Source: Bacillota bacterium
GTDB taxonomy: Bacteria; Bacillota; Sulfobacillia; JAJZYS01; JAILZS01
Assembly: GCA_023512375.1 (NCBI GenBank)
Contig: JAILZS010000007.1
Span: 894-64,893, forward strand
Length of the DNA stretch: 64,000 nucleotides
Reading direction: 5' to 3'
The notes beneath the pieces were generated by a model, which was given only the letters and a program-made list of their open reading frames with translations, had not been told where the DNA came from and ran no database searches. Of this stretch, positions 28,276 to 37,307 are shown one piece after another; within the stretch, counting starts at the first letter, position 1; each line of letters begins with the position of its first letter. Both the position numbers and the translations under genes were made by a program.

Positions 28276-29045
28276 GCCGCCTCCTCCTCCCCCGCCAGCC
28301 AGCGCGCCGCCCGGCGCCACAACGTGGCGTACCCCGGCCAGGCGACGAACTCCTCTGGGCACCAGTGGGGACCGATGTCCGACGCCCAGGCGAGGGTGCG
28401 GCCCGCGCCGGCCGTGCCGCCCGCCTGCACCACGAGCAGGGGCTCCCCCGCCGCCTCCACCAGCGTCCGCGCCCCCGGCTTGGGCTTGAGCCGGTTGAGG
28501 CCCAAGAGGTAGGGCCACTCGCCGAGGCCGCGCACGAGGTAGTGGTCGGGCTCCACCACCCTGGGGTCTGCCCCCTCCGGCGCCTCGAGGCGGTCGTCGT
28601 ACGGCCGTACGTCGACGGGCAACACCTCCTCGACCGCCGTCCCGTGGTAGGCGGCGCGCCCCGCCAGGCCCGAGAAGCTCAGGTACCCGCCCACCATGCC
28701 CAGGCCGCCGCCTCGCTCCACGAACTCCTTGAGAAGCTTGAGGCGGTTGGCGGTGCGCCGCCCCCGAAGCCACGTGTCCGGGTGCAACAGCAGGCTGTTG
28801 GCGCCGATGTCGCTGAGGAAGACGACGTCGTAGGCCATGAGCCCCTCGAGGGAGGTCGGGAACTCCGCGGGCACGCGATGCGCGGGCAGGTAGTCCACCT
28901 CCCCCGCCGCGCGCAGGGCATGAAGCCACGCCTCCGCCCCCTCCGTGTACTCCCCCACCCCGAACAGGTCCACGCCCTTCACGTGCATGGCCGTCGTCTG
29001 CCAGGACTCCCCGGCGACAAGAATGCGCACGACACCCGCCTCCAT
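28272..29045 (-). CDS. Class-I glutamine amidotransferase-like (ThuA/DUF1355-like) domain protein
   Basis: ILVAGESWQTTAMHVKGVDLFGVGEYTEGAEAWLHAL...AYDVVFLSDIGANSLLLHP resembles the GATase1-like cytoplasmic-protein family. The function call is weak. Confidence 0.45.
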   Translation of the reverse strand: MEAGVVRILVAGESWQTTAMHVKGVDLFGVGEYTEGAEAWLHALRAAGEVDYLPAHRVPAEFPTSLEGLMAYDVVFLSDIGANSLLLHPDTWLRGRRTANRLKLLKEFVERGGGLGMVGGYLSFSGLAGRAAYHGTAVEEVLPVDVRPYDDRLEAPEGADPRVVEPDHYLVRGLGEWPYLLGLNRLKPKPGARTLVEAAGEPLLVVQAGGTAGAGRTLAWASDIGPHWCPEEFVAWPGYATLWRRAARWLAGEEEAA

Positions 29046-29075
29046 CCGAGGGATCGAGCTGGCCCGGCCGCGACG

Positions 29076-30167
29076 TCACCAGGAGAACGCCCGCCGCGGG
29101 TTGTCCACCAGCAGGCGGCGCAGGAGCGCCTCGTCGGCGCCGTGCCGCCGGAGCCTGGGGACGAAGTTCCGCAGGATGTGGTCGTAGCCGAAGCCGCCGT
29201 ACGACTTGAGCTGGATCTTGACGAACGTGTCCTGGGAGATGAGGACCTGGTCGGCGAAGCCGCGGTCGGCCAGGCGCAGGATGGCGCGGGCGTTGGCCTC
29301 GTCGCACGGCGACTGCGCCGCCTGGTCGCGGTAGTAGAAGTCCATGCCCACCATGTCGTACTCCAGGAAGGCGCCGCGGCGGGCGAGCGCCTCCTGGTAG
29401 GCCAGGTCCTCCCCGGAGGGGTTCATGTGGTCGAGGATCACCCGGTCCAGGCGCCCGCCCGCCGCCTCCACGACGTCGAGCACCTCCATGCCGCGCCGCT
29501 TCCAACCGGGCAGGTGGACCGAGAGGGGAACCCGCGCCCGCGCGTGGGCGCGGGCCGCGGCGACAAGGCACTTGCGTTCCTGGGGCGTGAAGTCCTGCCC
29601 GACGCCGATCTCCCCCACCAGGCCGGCGCGGATGCCGAACTCCGGATCGCCTTGCATGAGGTCGCGCAGCATGCGCTCCTCCAGCCACCCGGGGTCGGCC
29701 GCCGCCACCTCCGGCGGGTGGGAGGGCTCCAGGTAGTAGCCCGTGCCGGAGACGATCCTGAGCCCCGTGAGACGGGCGATGCGCCGAAGGCCCACCACGT
29801 CTCGGCCGATGCCGTGCACCGTCTGCTCCACCAGCGTGCGCCCGCCCAGGGCGGCGAAGGCCGCCGCCTCCCGGGCCATGGCCTCGACGTCCGTCAGGCG
29901 CACGTTGTCCAGGCTGGCGAAGGGGTCCATGCGCAGCCGCCCCAACTTGTCCATCGTCACCGGTCCGTGCGCCAGCTCGTGGTCGCCCGCCTCGGCGGGC
30001 GGCTGCCACCACGCCCGGTTGTCGCACAGAAGGTGCTCGTGCATGAGGGTCACGCCCAGCTCGTCCAGGGGCACGGGCCCTTCCACCGTCTGCACGTATT
30101 GCGTCGGAGCCCCGTCCGTTGCTTGTGCCACCTCGCTCCCCCTCTCCGTCCACCCGTGACGACCCAT
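29076..30167 (-). CDS. Phosphotriesterase-related protein (PTER/PHP amidohydrolase-fold hydrolase)
   Basis: The GVTLMHEHL metal-binding motif at the N-terminus, a TIM-barrel amidohydrolase pattern (GTGYYLE, RVILDHMN) and an HxH/D metal-ligand arrangement. Confidence 0.75.
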   Translation of the reverse strand: MGRHGWTERGSEVAQATDGAPTQYVQTVEGPVPLDELGVTLMHEHLLCDNRAWWQPPAEAGDHELAHGPVTMDKLGRLRMDPFASLDNVRLTDVEAMAREAAAFAALGGRTLVEQTVHGIGRDVVGLRRIARLTGLRIVSGTGYYLEPSHPPEVAAADPGWLEERMLRDLMQGDPEFGIRAGLVGEIGVGQDFTPQERKCLVAAARAHARARVPLSVHLPGWKRRGMEVLDVVEAAGGRLDRVILDHMNPSGEDLAYQEALARRGAFLEYDMVGMDFYYRDQAAQSPCDEANARAILRLADRGFADQVLISQDTFVKIQLKSYGGFGYDHILRNFVPRLRRHGADEALLRRLLVDNPRRAFSW

Positions 30168-30181
30168 GCGGCCCGGCCGCC

Positions 30182-31210
30182 TCAGCCCGTGCGCCGGCTG
30201 CGCTGCCAGGCCAGGATCTTCTCGTTGCCGAGGATGGCGCCGAGGATGATGATCCCCTCCGCCACCTGGGTGAGGGCGGGCTGCACGTGCAGGAGGATGA
30301 GGGCGTTGGTCACCATGGCGATGATGAGCGTGCCGAGGAAGGTGCCGAGCATCGTGCCCTCTCCCCCGAACAGGTTGGTGCCGCCCAGGACCACGGCGGC
30401 GATCACATCGAGCTCGAAGGTGGAACCCACGTCCGCCGAGCCGGTAGAGAGGCGGGCGACGACGATCAGGCCGGCGAGCGCCGTGGCCACCGAGGAGGCC
30501 ACGTACACCCACACCTTGGTCGCCACCACGTTGACCCCCGCCCGCCGCACACTCTCCTCGTTGGCCCCGATGGCGGTGATGTGGAGGCCCGTGCGGGTGC
30601 GGTTGAGCACGAGCGCCCCCGCCAACAGGGCCAGGACGGCCAGCACGGCGGGCACGGGCAGGCCCAGGATCCAGCCTTGGCCCAGGGCGTCGAAGGCGCT
30701 ACTGGTGACCGGGATGGAATAGCCGTTCGTGAGGTAGAGGGCGAGGCCTTCCAGTGCCGACAGGGTGGCGAGGGTGACGATGAAGGGCGGGATGCGCTGC
30801 ACGGCCACCACGTAGCCGTGGATGAGCCCCACGCCCGCCCCCAGGGCGAGGACCAGGAGGCTGGCCAGCTGCCAGCTCCACCCCGCCTGCATGAGCAGGG
30901 CGGCGACGCTCCCCGACAGCGCCAGGAGCGACCCCACGGACAGGTCGATGCCCCCGGTGGTGATGACGAGCGTCATGGTCACGCCCACCAGCAGGTCGGG
31001 CGCCATCTGGCGGGCCATGTTGAGGAGGTTCTCGGCCGTGAGGAAGTAGGGCGTCGTGAGCGCGAAGGCCAGGAACAGGGCGAGGAAGACGGCCAGCAAC
31101 GTGGCCAGGGGCAGGGGGAGGAGGCCGCCCGCCGCCCCCGCGCGGGCGACGCTGGGACCGCTCCGCCCCGGCGACGGCCCGGCGCCCCCCTCACGCGGGT
31201 TTTCCGACAA
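30182..31210 (-). CDS. Monosaccharide/ribose-type ABC transporter permease (RbsC/AraH family)
   Basis: Eight to ten TM helices; TGGIDLSVGS and a C-terminal GTNLFGGEGTMLGTFLGTLII pattern. Confidence 0.75.
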   Translation of the reverse strand: MSENPREGGAGPSPGRSGPSVARAGAAGGLLPLPLATLLAVFLALFLAFALTTPYFLTAENLLNMARQMAPDLLVGVTMTLVITTGGIDLSVGSLLALSGSVAALLMQAGWSWQLASLLVLALGAGVGLIHGYVVAVQRIPPFIVTLATLSALEGLALYLTNGYSIPVTSSAFDALGQGWILGLPVPAVLAVLALLAGALVLNRTRTGLHITAIGANEESVRRAGVNVVATKVWVYVASSVATALAGLIVVARLSTGSADVGSTFELDVIAAVVLGGTNLFGGEGTMLGTFLGTLIIAMVTNALILLHVQPALTQVAEGIIILGAILGNEKILAWQRSRRTG

Positions 31211-31922
31211 TGGCGTTCACCACCCGTTCCAGCGTCAGGCCTGCGGTGGGCCAGTCCGCCACCTTGCGCCCCTCGTACAGCACGGCCACCCGGTCGGCGA
31301 CGGAGAACACGTCCTGCAGGCGGTGGGTGATGAACAGGATCGCCACCCCCTGGTCGCGCACCCGCCGGATGAGGGAGAGCACCTGCTCCACCTCGGCCAC
31401 GCCCAGGGCCGACGTGGGCTCGTCCAGGATGAGGACGCGAGGCTGGAAGGTGACCGCGCGGGCCACCGCGATGGCCTGGCGCTGGCCCCCGGAGAGCGTG
31501 TCGACGCGCTGGCGGGTCGACGGCACCCGGATGTCGAGCGACCCCAGGAGGGCGGCGGCGCGCTCGTGCATGGCGCGCTCGTCCATGAGGCCGAAGCGTC
31601 CCACCACCTCGCGCCCCAGGAAGAGGTTGTGGGCCACGTCCACCGTGTCGCACAGCGACAGGTCCTGGTAGACCATCTCCACGCCCAGCTCGCGCATGCG
31701 GCGAGGCGTCGGCGCCGTCACCTCCCGCCCGTCGATCGCCACCCGGCCGGCGTCCGGCACGACGGCGCCGCTCAGCACCTTCATGAGCGTCGACTTGCCG
31801 GCGGCGTTGTCGCCCAAGAGGGCGAGCACCTCGCCCGCGTCCACGCTCAGGTCGACCCCGCCCAGGACGCGGTGGTTGCCGAAGCTTTTCACGATCGCGT
31901 GCATCTCGACCAGTGCGGCCAT
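31191..31922 (-). CDS. ABC transporter ATP-binding protein (single NBD)
   Basis: Walker A GDNAAGKST, signature LSGGQRQ, Walker B VLILDEPTSAL and an H-loop. GGGGGAAGG Shine-Dalgarno upstream. Confidence 0.85.
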   Translation of the reverse strand: MAALVEMHAIVKSFGNHRVLGGVDLSVDAGEVLALLGDNAAGKSTLMKVLSGAVVPDAGRVAIDGREVTAPTPRRMRELGVEMVYQDLSLCDTVDVAHNLFLGREVVGRFGLMDERAMHERAAALLGSLDIRVPSTRQRVDTLSGGQRQAIAVARAVTFQPRVLILDEPTSALGVAEVEQVLSLIRRVRDQGVAILFITHRLQDVFSVADRVAVLYEGRKVADWPTAGLTLERVVNAIVGKPA

Positions 31923-31992
31923 GCTTGGCACCCTTCCCCCCGGTGGCCGCCGGGGGGCACGCGGGCGCCCGCGCGCCCCCGGGCCCACCGGG

Positions 31993-32967
31993 TCAGTACA
32001 GCTTGTTCGTGAACTGGTTCAGGTTGGCGCGGGTGACGATGGCGAGAGGCAGGACGTCCTGCGACGGCACCTTCTGGTGGTGGAGGAGGCGGATGCAGTC
32101 GCGCACCGAGATCTCCCCCTCGGCGTAGGGGTCCTGCTCCACCACCGCGACCACCCAGCCCTGCCGGATGCCGGCCACCGACTCCGGCGAGAGGTCCCAT
32201 CCGAACACCTTCACCTGGCCGGTGGCCCCGTGCGCCTTCACCGCCGCCACGGCGCCGATCAGGGCCGGCTCGCCCGTGGCGTAGATGAGGTTGAGCTCCG
32301 GGTTGCCGGTCAAGAGATCCTCGGCCGCCGACAGCGCCACCTCTTGCTGGTTCTTGCCGTCGACCACCTGCACGACCTTGATGCCGGGCACGAGGGAGAG
32401 AGCCTTCTCGAAGCCGTTCTGGCGTTGGATCTGGATGAACGAGTTGAGGGCGCCGACGATGCCGACCTCCGCCTTGCCCCCCATGTGCTGCTTCACGTAG
32501 GTGTCGACGAACCGGCCCAGGGCGTAGCCACCCTGCCAGTTGCCGACTCCCACCCAGGTGCGTACGCCGGGGCCCCGCGTCTCGGCGTCCACGGCCACGA
32601 CGGGGATGCCGTGCTTGGCGGCGTCGCGGATGGCGGGCAGGATGCCGTGCACGTCGATGGCGTCGACAATGATGGCGCTCACATGCTGGGCCACATAGTC
32701 CTCGATGGCGGAGTTCTGGGCTTGGGGGCTGTTGTTGGCGTTGTAGATCACGAGCTTGGCCCCTACCGCCTTGGCCGCGGCCTGGGCGCCGGCATTCATG
32801 CGCTGGAAGAAGAGGGCCTGGAAGTTGATCGTCACCAGGGCGATGGTGGGCGGGTGGGCCGCGCTGCGCTGGCGGGCGGCCGCCGCGGGGGCGACGGCCG
32901 TGCCCATGACGGCCGCGGCCATGGCCGCCAGCGCCGTCCAGCGCGCGAGGGTGTGCATCGGGCGCAT
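31993..32967 (-). CDS. Periplasmic sugar-binding protein (RbsB-like, type I PBP fold) of the ABC transporter
   Basis: A signal peptide and an alternating beta-alpha pattern of the LacI/RbsB-type binding fold. Confidence 0.7.
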   Translation of the reverse strand: MRPMHTLARWTALAAMAAAVMGTAVAPAAAARQRSAAHPPTIALVTINFQALFFQRMNAGAQAAAKAVGAKLVIYNANNSPQAQNSAIEDYVAQHVSAIIVDAIDVHGILPAIRDAAKHGIPVVAVDAETRGPGVRTWVGVGNWQGGYALGRFVDTYVKQHMGGKAEVGIVGALNSFIQIQRQNGFEKALSLVPGIKVVQVVDGKNQQEVALSAAEDLLTGNPELNLIYATGEPALIGAVAAVKAHGATGQVKVFGWDLSPESVAGIRQGWVVAVVEQDPYAEGEISVRDCIRLLHHQKVPSQDVLPLAIVTRANLNQFTNKLY

Positions 32968-32993
32968 CCGTTTTCCCTCCCAGCCGGATGTGG

Positions 32994-34190
32994 TTACGGA
33001 ACGAGGGGGTCGCCCGGGACCCCGGCATCACCCCCCCGTCCGGCCTGACTGAGCCGCCGCACCGTGGACGCCACCACCGGCACCAGGCGGCGCACGTTCG
33101 CCTCCATGCGCGGATCGACCGTGTCGCGGGCGGTGTGGATGATCTCCTGGTCGTCGACCGTCCACATGATCGACGGCACCCCCCGCGCCGCGAACGCCAT
33201 GTGGTCGCTCGCCGGCGGGGGCGGGAACTTCACCTCCAGGCGCAGGGGGTCGGGGCGGCCGTCCTCGAACGCGGCCACCGCCACCTCGTCCAACGCCTCG
33301 GGCCAGATCCACGCCTCGAGCAGCTCGCCCCGCCCCACGCCGTCCAAGTTGACGAACGACGCCGTCGCCAGGGCGCCGGCATGGGCGGCGCAAAACGCCT
33401 CCGACCCGATGAGCCCCGCCTCCTCGCCGTCGAACAGGACGAAGGCGGTGGTGTCCGCCAGCGCCGGCGGCAGGGAGGCGGCCACCGCCAGGAGAAGGGC
33501 GACGCCGGCGGCGTTGTCGTACGCCCCGGAGGTGGTGGGCACGGTGTCGAGGTGCGCGCCCACCACCACCCGCGGCGGGAGGGGCGGCCAGGCGACGAGG
33601 TTCACCCCCCGCGCCGTAGGCGCGCGGCGGGCGAGGGCTACGCGCACCGTCACCTCCGCGCCCGCCGCGTGCCAGCGTTCGAGAAGGGGACGGGCGTCCG
33701 CCCCCACCGCGAGCCGCGGCAGGCAGGCGGATCCCGGCGGCACCGCCTGCGGCACTGCCGGCCCGTCCACGCGCTCCGCCACGTACGCCTGGGGACGGCG
33801 GCCCGCGGCGTCCCACACCGCCCACCGCCGCCACGGGCGGTAGCCCCAGACGCGGAACTCGCCCATCGGCCGAAGGCGGCCGCGGCTACCCTCGGGCGGC
33901 GTGGGCGGCGACCCGAGGAAGGCATGGCCCTTGACCGCGCCGTCCGGACCCTCCAACGCGTGCGGTCCCGCCTCCTCCCAGGGCGTGAGGGGGAAGCGCT
34001 CCTCGCTCAGTTGGTGGCGGCGCAGGGTGCGGGCTAGGGCCCCGGCGGCGAGTTCCCTTGCCCTCTCCAAGGCAGGTGAGGCGGAGGGGCGGGGCGGGAG
34101 CGCCGCCAATCCCCGCCACAGCGCCAGCGCCGCCTCCACCCCGGCGGACGGGTCGGAAGGCGCACCCGCGCCCGCCGCCGCCCGCGTCAC
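32994..34190 (-). CDS. M28-family zinc metallopeptidase (aminopeptidase-like); N-terminal boundary uncertain
   Basis: HLDTV, DNAAG and DGEE metal-ligand motifs. A candidate GTG start at 34190 shares GTGA with the lacI-like stop. Confidence 0.6.
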   Translation of the reverse strand: MTRAAAGAGAPSDPSAGVEAALALWRGLAALPPRPSASPALERARELAAGALARTLRRHQLSEERFPLTPWEEAGPHALEGPDGAVKGHAFLGSPPTPPEGSRGRLRPMGEFRVWGYRPWRRWAVWDAAGRRPQAYVAERVDGPAVPQAVPPGSACLPRLAVGADARPLLERWHAAGAEVTVRVALARRAPTARGVNLVAWPPLPPRVVVGAHLDTVPTTSGAYDNAAGVALLLAVAASLPPALADTTAFVLFDGEEAGLIGSEAFCAAHAGALATASFVNLDGVGRGELLEAWIWPEALDEVAVAAFEDGRPDPLRLEVKFPPPPASDHMAFAARGVPSIMWTVDDQEIIHTARDTVDPRMEANVRRLVPVVASTVRRLSQAGRGGDAGVPGDPLVP

Positions 34191-35218
34191 GCCCCGACCC
34201 TCCCGGACGCGGGCGGCGCCGCCGACTCGCGTACCACCAGCTCCACCGCCAGGACGCGGTTCATCACCGCACCGTCTCGCCCCTGGATGCTCCCCAGGAG
34301 GGTGTCGAGGGCCTGGCGGGCGATCTCCTCCACGGGCTGGTGCACCGTGGTGAGGGCCGGCGTGAGGTAGCGGGATAGAGGCATGTCGTCGAACCCCACC
34401 ACGCTGAGTTCCTCGGGCACCCGAAGGCCGAGGGCGCGGGCGGCGCGCATGACGCCGGCCGCCTGGTAGTCGTTGGCGGCCAGCACCGCCGTCGGCCTCT
34501 CCCCCGCCCTCCACAGGTCGTTCATGGCGTCAAAACCGAACGCGTCCGTGTACGGTCCCATGCGCGCGAGCGCCGGGTCGAATGCGATGGACGCCGCCTC
34601 GAGCGCCTCGCGGTGGCCGCGGAGGCGCTCGCGCGCCGTCATGAGCTCGCCCGGCCCGCCCACGTAGGCGATGCGGCGGTGGCCCAGGCTTACCAGATAG
34701 GCGGTGGCGCGCCGCGCCCCCTCGGCGTTCTCCACGAACACCCGCGGCACCGGCGGCAGGCCCTCCACGTCCTCGTCCACCAACACCACGGGCAGCCCGC
34801 GCTCGATCGCCTCCGCCAGCGCCTCGTTGGCCGGGTTCATGCCGCAGTACACGAGTCCGTCCACGAGGCCGTGCGACAAAAGCTCCGTGTACTCCCGCTC
34901 GCGCGAGGCGAGGCTCTTGGTGTCGCACAGGAGGACGCTGTAGCCGCCGTGGTCGTAGGCGCTGGTCTCCAGCTCCTCCGCCAGGCGGGCGAAGAACGGG
35001 TTCGTGATGCCCGGCACGAGAAGGCCGATGGTGCGGGCGGAGTTGGTTGCCAGGCGTCGGGCCAGGGGGTGGGGGCGGTAGCCGAGGGCGGCCACGGCAC
35101 CGTCGATGCGCTCCGCCACGGCCGGCCGCACGCGCAGGCTGCCGTTGAGATAGCGCGACACCGTCGACACCGAAACGCCTGCCCGGGCGGCGACGTCCCG
35201 AACCGTCACCCTGCGCAT
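34187..35218 (-). CDS. LacI-family transcriptional regulator
   Basis: An N-terminal HTH (VTVRDVAARAGVSVSTVSRYLNG) and a sugar-binding-type effector domain. Confidence 0.85.
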   Translation of the reverse strand: MRRVTVRDVAARAGVSVSTVSRYLNGSLRVRPAVAERIDGAVAALGYRPHPLARRLATNSARTIGLLVPGITNPFFARLAEELETSAYDHGGYSVLLCDTKSLASREREYTELLSHGLVDGLVYCGMNPANEALAEAIERGLPVVLVDEDVEGLPPVPRVFVENAEGARRATAYLVSLGHRRIAYVGGPGELMTARERLRGHREALEAASIAFDPALARMGPYTDAFGFDAMNDLWRAGERPTAVLAANDYQAAGVMRAARALGLRVPEELSVVGFDDMPLSRYLTPALTTVHQPVEEIARQALDTLLGSIQGRDGAVMNRVLAVELVVRESAAPPASGRVGA

Positions 35219-35237
35219 GCCATCCCACCACAAAGTA

Positions 35238-35321
35238 AACCGGTTGCTTAGCCTCCAAGCTATCTCCAGCCTAACAACAAGTCAATATGGAGTCTTTGCG
35301 GGATTCGAAAAACAACCGGTT
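35238..35321. promoter_or_regulatory. Candidate operator pair: two copies of AACCGGTTGCT (each containing the palindrome AACCGGTT), about 76 bp apart, in the low-GC region upstream of the lacI-like gene
   Basis: Seen directly at about 35238-35248 and 35314-35324. They sit in the only markedly AT-richer stretch of this neighbourhood. Confidence 0.35.
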
Positions 35322-35557
35322 GCTCTTCCTCTGCCCCACGCCCGCGAGGGCCGCCCGGCGCCCTGGCGCCGGGCGGTGCGCCAGAGTTCACCGCCTCTGC
35401 GCAGCGGCGCCCAGGCAACGACCCGCCGCCGGATCGGCCACGAGCACCTGCCTTCGCTGCCTTTGGCCGTTTCCCGCCCGCCCGACGAGCGGCGCGTCGT
35501 CTGAAGCGACAACAAAACGAAGAGGGACGGCCGTAACCCGTCCCCCGGAGGTGGCCT

Positions 35558-36017
35558 ATGTTGTTGTGCCACGACCAAGCCGACGCGACCGAGGGCCCGG
35601 ACGCAAAGGGGTCGCGCGGTCGGCGCCGCCAGGTGGCCCGCCGACACGGAATCGACCTCAAAAGCCGGCGTCGCCAAGACCTTGCGCGCATCTGCCGCGA
35701 CGGGATGGAGGCGTTCTGTCTCGATGTCGGCCTTGGGGCGTTTGCCGAGGCGATGCAGGCGGAGGTCGAGGAGATCGGCGAGCCGCGCGGGCGGCGGATG
35801 GCGCCGCTACGCGCGCTACGGCGCGGCGCCGGGGAGCATCGCGATCGGCTCGCGCAAGGTGGCGATCGAAAGGCCGCGGGTGCGGGAGCTGGGCGAATCC
35901 CTCACCTGCGTCCATCGCAGAGGCAGGGAACAGCTGTTCATCGCCGCCGAAGGCTCGCGCTGGTTCAGACCACCCGTACGAGGTCCGAGTACCGGCCCAG
36001 CAACCGATCCCCGGTAA
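35558..36017 (+). mobile_element. Degraded IS256-family (Mutator-type) transposase N-terminal remnant, frameshifted and truncated
   Basis: Frame A reads AFAEAMQAEVEEIGEPRGRR; the +1 frame continues YARYGAAPGSIAIGSRKVAIERPRVRELGE. Together these match the conserved IS256 segment EAEVxExLGxxxYER...GYRNGYxxRxLxTxxGxxELxVPRxRE. No DDE catalytic core follows before vapC begins on the opposite strand. Confidence 0.5.
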
Positions 36018-36345
36018 CCAATATCAACGGCTCCTCGACCGCCTGCGCCACCAGAAGACGGTCGAACGGATCCTTGTGAATCGGGGGAAGCCGCGCCACC
36101 AGGGCAGCGTGTACCGCTCGAACGGGCAATTCCTCGTATCCACTGCGCTCGATCCCCGCCACAAGCTCGGCGGGGTCGGCTTGCAGCCTCCCGATCGCCG
36201 CCTTGATCGAGGCCTCCCAAATGGACGCTGCACTCACGAACACCGCGTCTGCCGCCTCGATGTCACGCCGCACGGTCGGATCCCATCGCGGTGCGTCCGC
36301 AAGGCACCCAAGACACACCTGGGTGTCAAGCAGAAGCCGCATCAA
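35965..36345 (-). CDS. vapC: Type II toxin VapC (PIN-domain ribonuclease)
   Basis: A PIN fold with an N-terminal LLDTQV acidic start and conserved acidic residues. A 4-bp overlap with the upstream antitoxin gene. Confidence 0.75.
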   Translation of the reverse strand: MMRLLLDTQVCLGCLADAPRWDPTVRRDIEAADAVFVSAASIWEASIKAAIGRLQADPAELVAGIERSGYEELPVRAVHAALVARLPPIHKDPFDRLLVAQAVEEPLILVTGDRLLGRYSDLVRVV

Positions 36346-36578
36346 TCGCCCTCGAAGGCGCGAAGGATATCCTCCGGCACAGGGCCATCGAAATCGCTGG
36401 CAATCGAGATCTTGCCCTTGAGGACACCGAAGGTACGGCGAGGACGCGGCGCCCGGATCGGTACGAGACGCGCCACCGGCTTTCCCGCCTTGGCAATGGT
36501 GACTTCCTCGCCGCTCGATACGTATTCCAGCAAGCGCGACAGGTTGGTCTTGGCCTCATGGATGTTGACGGAGCGCAC
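36342..36578 (-). CDS. Type II antitoxin, Phd/YefM family
   Basis: MRSVNIHEAKTNLSRLLEYVSSGEEVTIAKAGKPVARLVP is the canonical Phd/YefM N-terminus. An imperfect palindrome ACTAAGTTTAGT lies immediately upstream at about 36600-36615, a likely autoregulatory operator. Confidence 0.8.
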   Translation of the reverse strand: MRSVNIHEAKTNLSRLLEYVSSGEEVTIAKAGKPVARLVPIRAPRPRRTFGVLKGKISIASDFDGPVPEDILRAFEGD

Positions 36579-37307
36579 GCACCCGCCCCCTTTGAAACTA
36601 AGTTTAGTCTAGTTCACCCGCTCCGGAAGTCAAGGGCTGCCGCCGGCACCCTTCCGTCCGCCTTCCACCGAAGTGCCGATCGCGCGAAAGGGCCCCCCGG
36701 GGCCGCCCATCGGCGGCCGGCCGGCGCAGAGCAGGTTGTCGGCATCCGAATCCGAAGTACACATCGAAGCAACACACGCGGGTGCGCGTTGCGATATGCT
36801 CCGGCCTGTCTCCCGGCCGGAGCTTGCCGACCGAGAACGACGGATGTTCTGAAGGGATGCCCGTACCCCGGAGCGTCGGCCGCGGCCCCACATCGCGTCA
36901 CGGACTCGACCGCAGCTGGCCGACCGCCGCATACGGCGCACGACCCTCGTCCCGAGGGAACTCCCGGGCGCTAGTCGCGATGACCGCCTGTGCATCGGAC
37001 GCATGCGCGATGCCGCTCTGTCGGCAATGTCCTATGTGAGGGACCGCTTGTTGGACGAAGGCCGGAATCGGCGAAGCCAGGAGTACACCCGATCGGCCGG
37101 CGGCTGGTGTGCGTCGGCCCACCTCGCCCCCGTCATGCCGCTCGCACGAAGATCGGCGATCCGGCCACGCCACAGGGATTCGACTTCGCGCCGCTTCTCC
37201 TTCGTCGTCCGCTCGCCCCCCAGAGTCGTTCTCTAGGAGGATCATCGGACGTCCGCGGCTCCCGTCCCATGCGTGTTCCATTCGACGCTTACCGCGGTTC
37301 GACGTGG

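Noticed and set aside
35287-36612. 441-aa plus-strand ORF covering the low-GC spacer, the IS remnant and the vapBC pair
   Set aside because: A composite artefact. The only meaningful plus-strand similarity is the short frameshifted IS256-like segment, reported separately as a pseudogene remnant.
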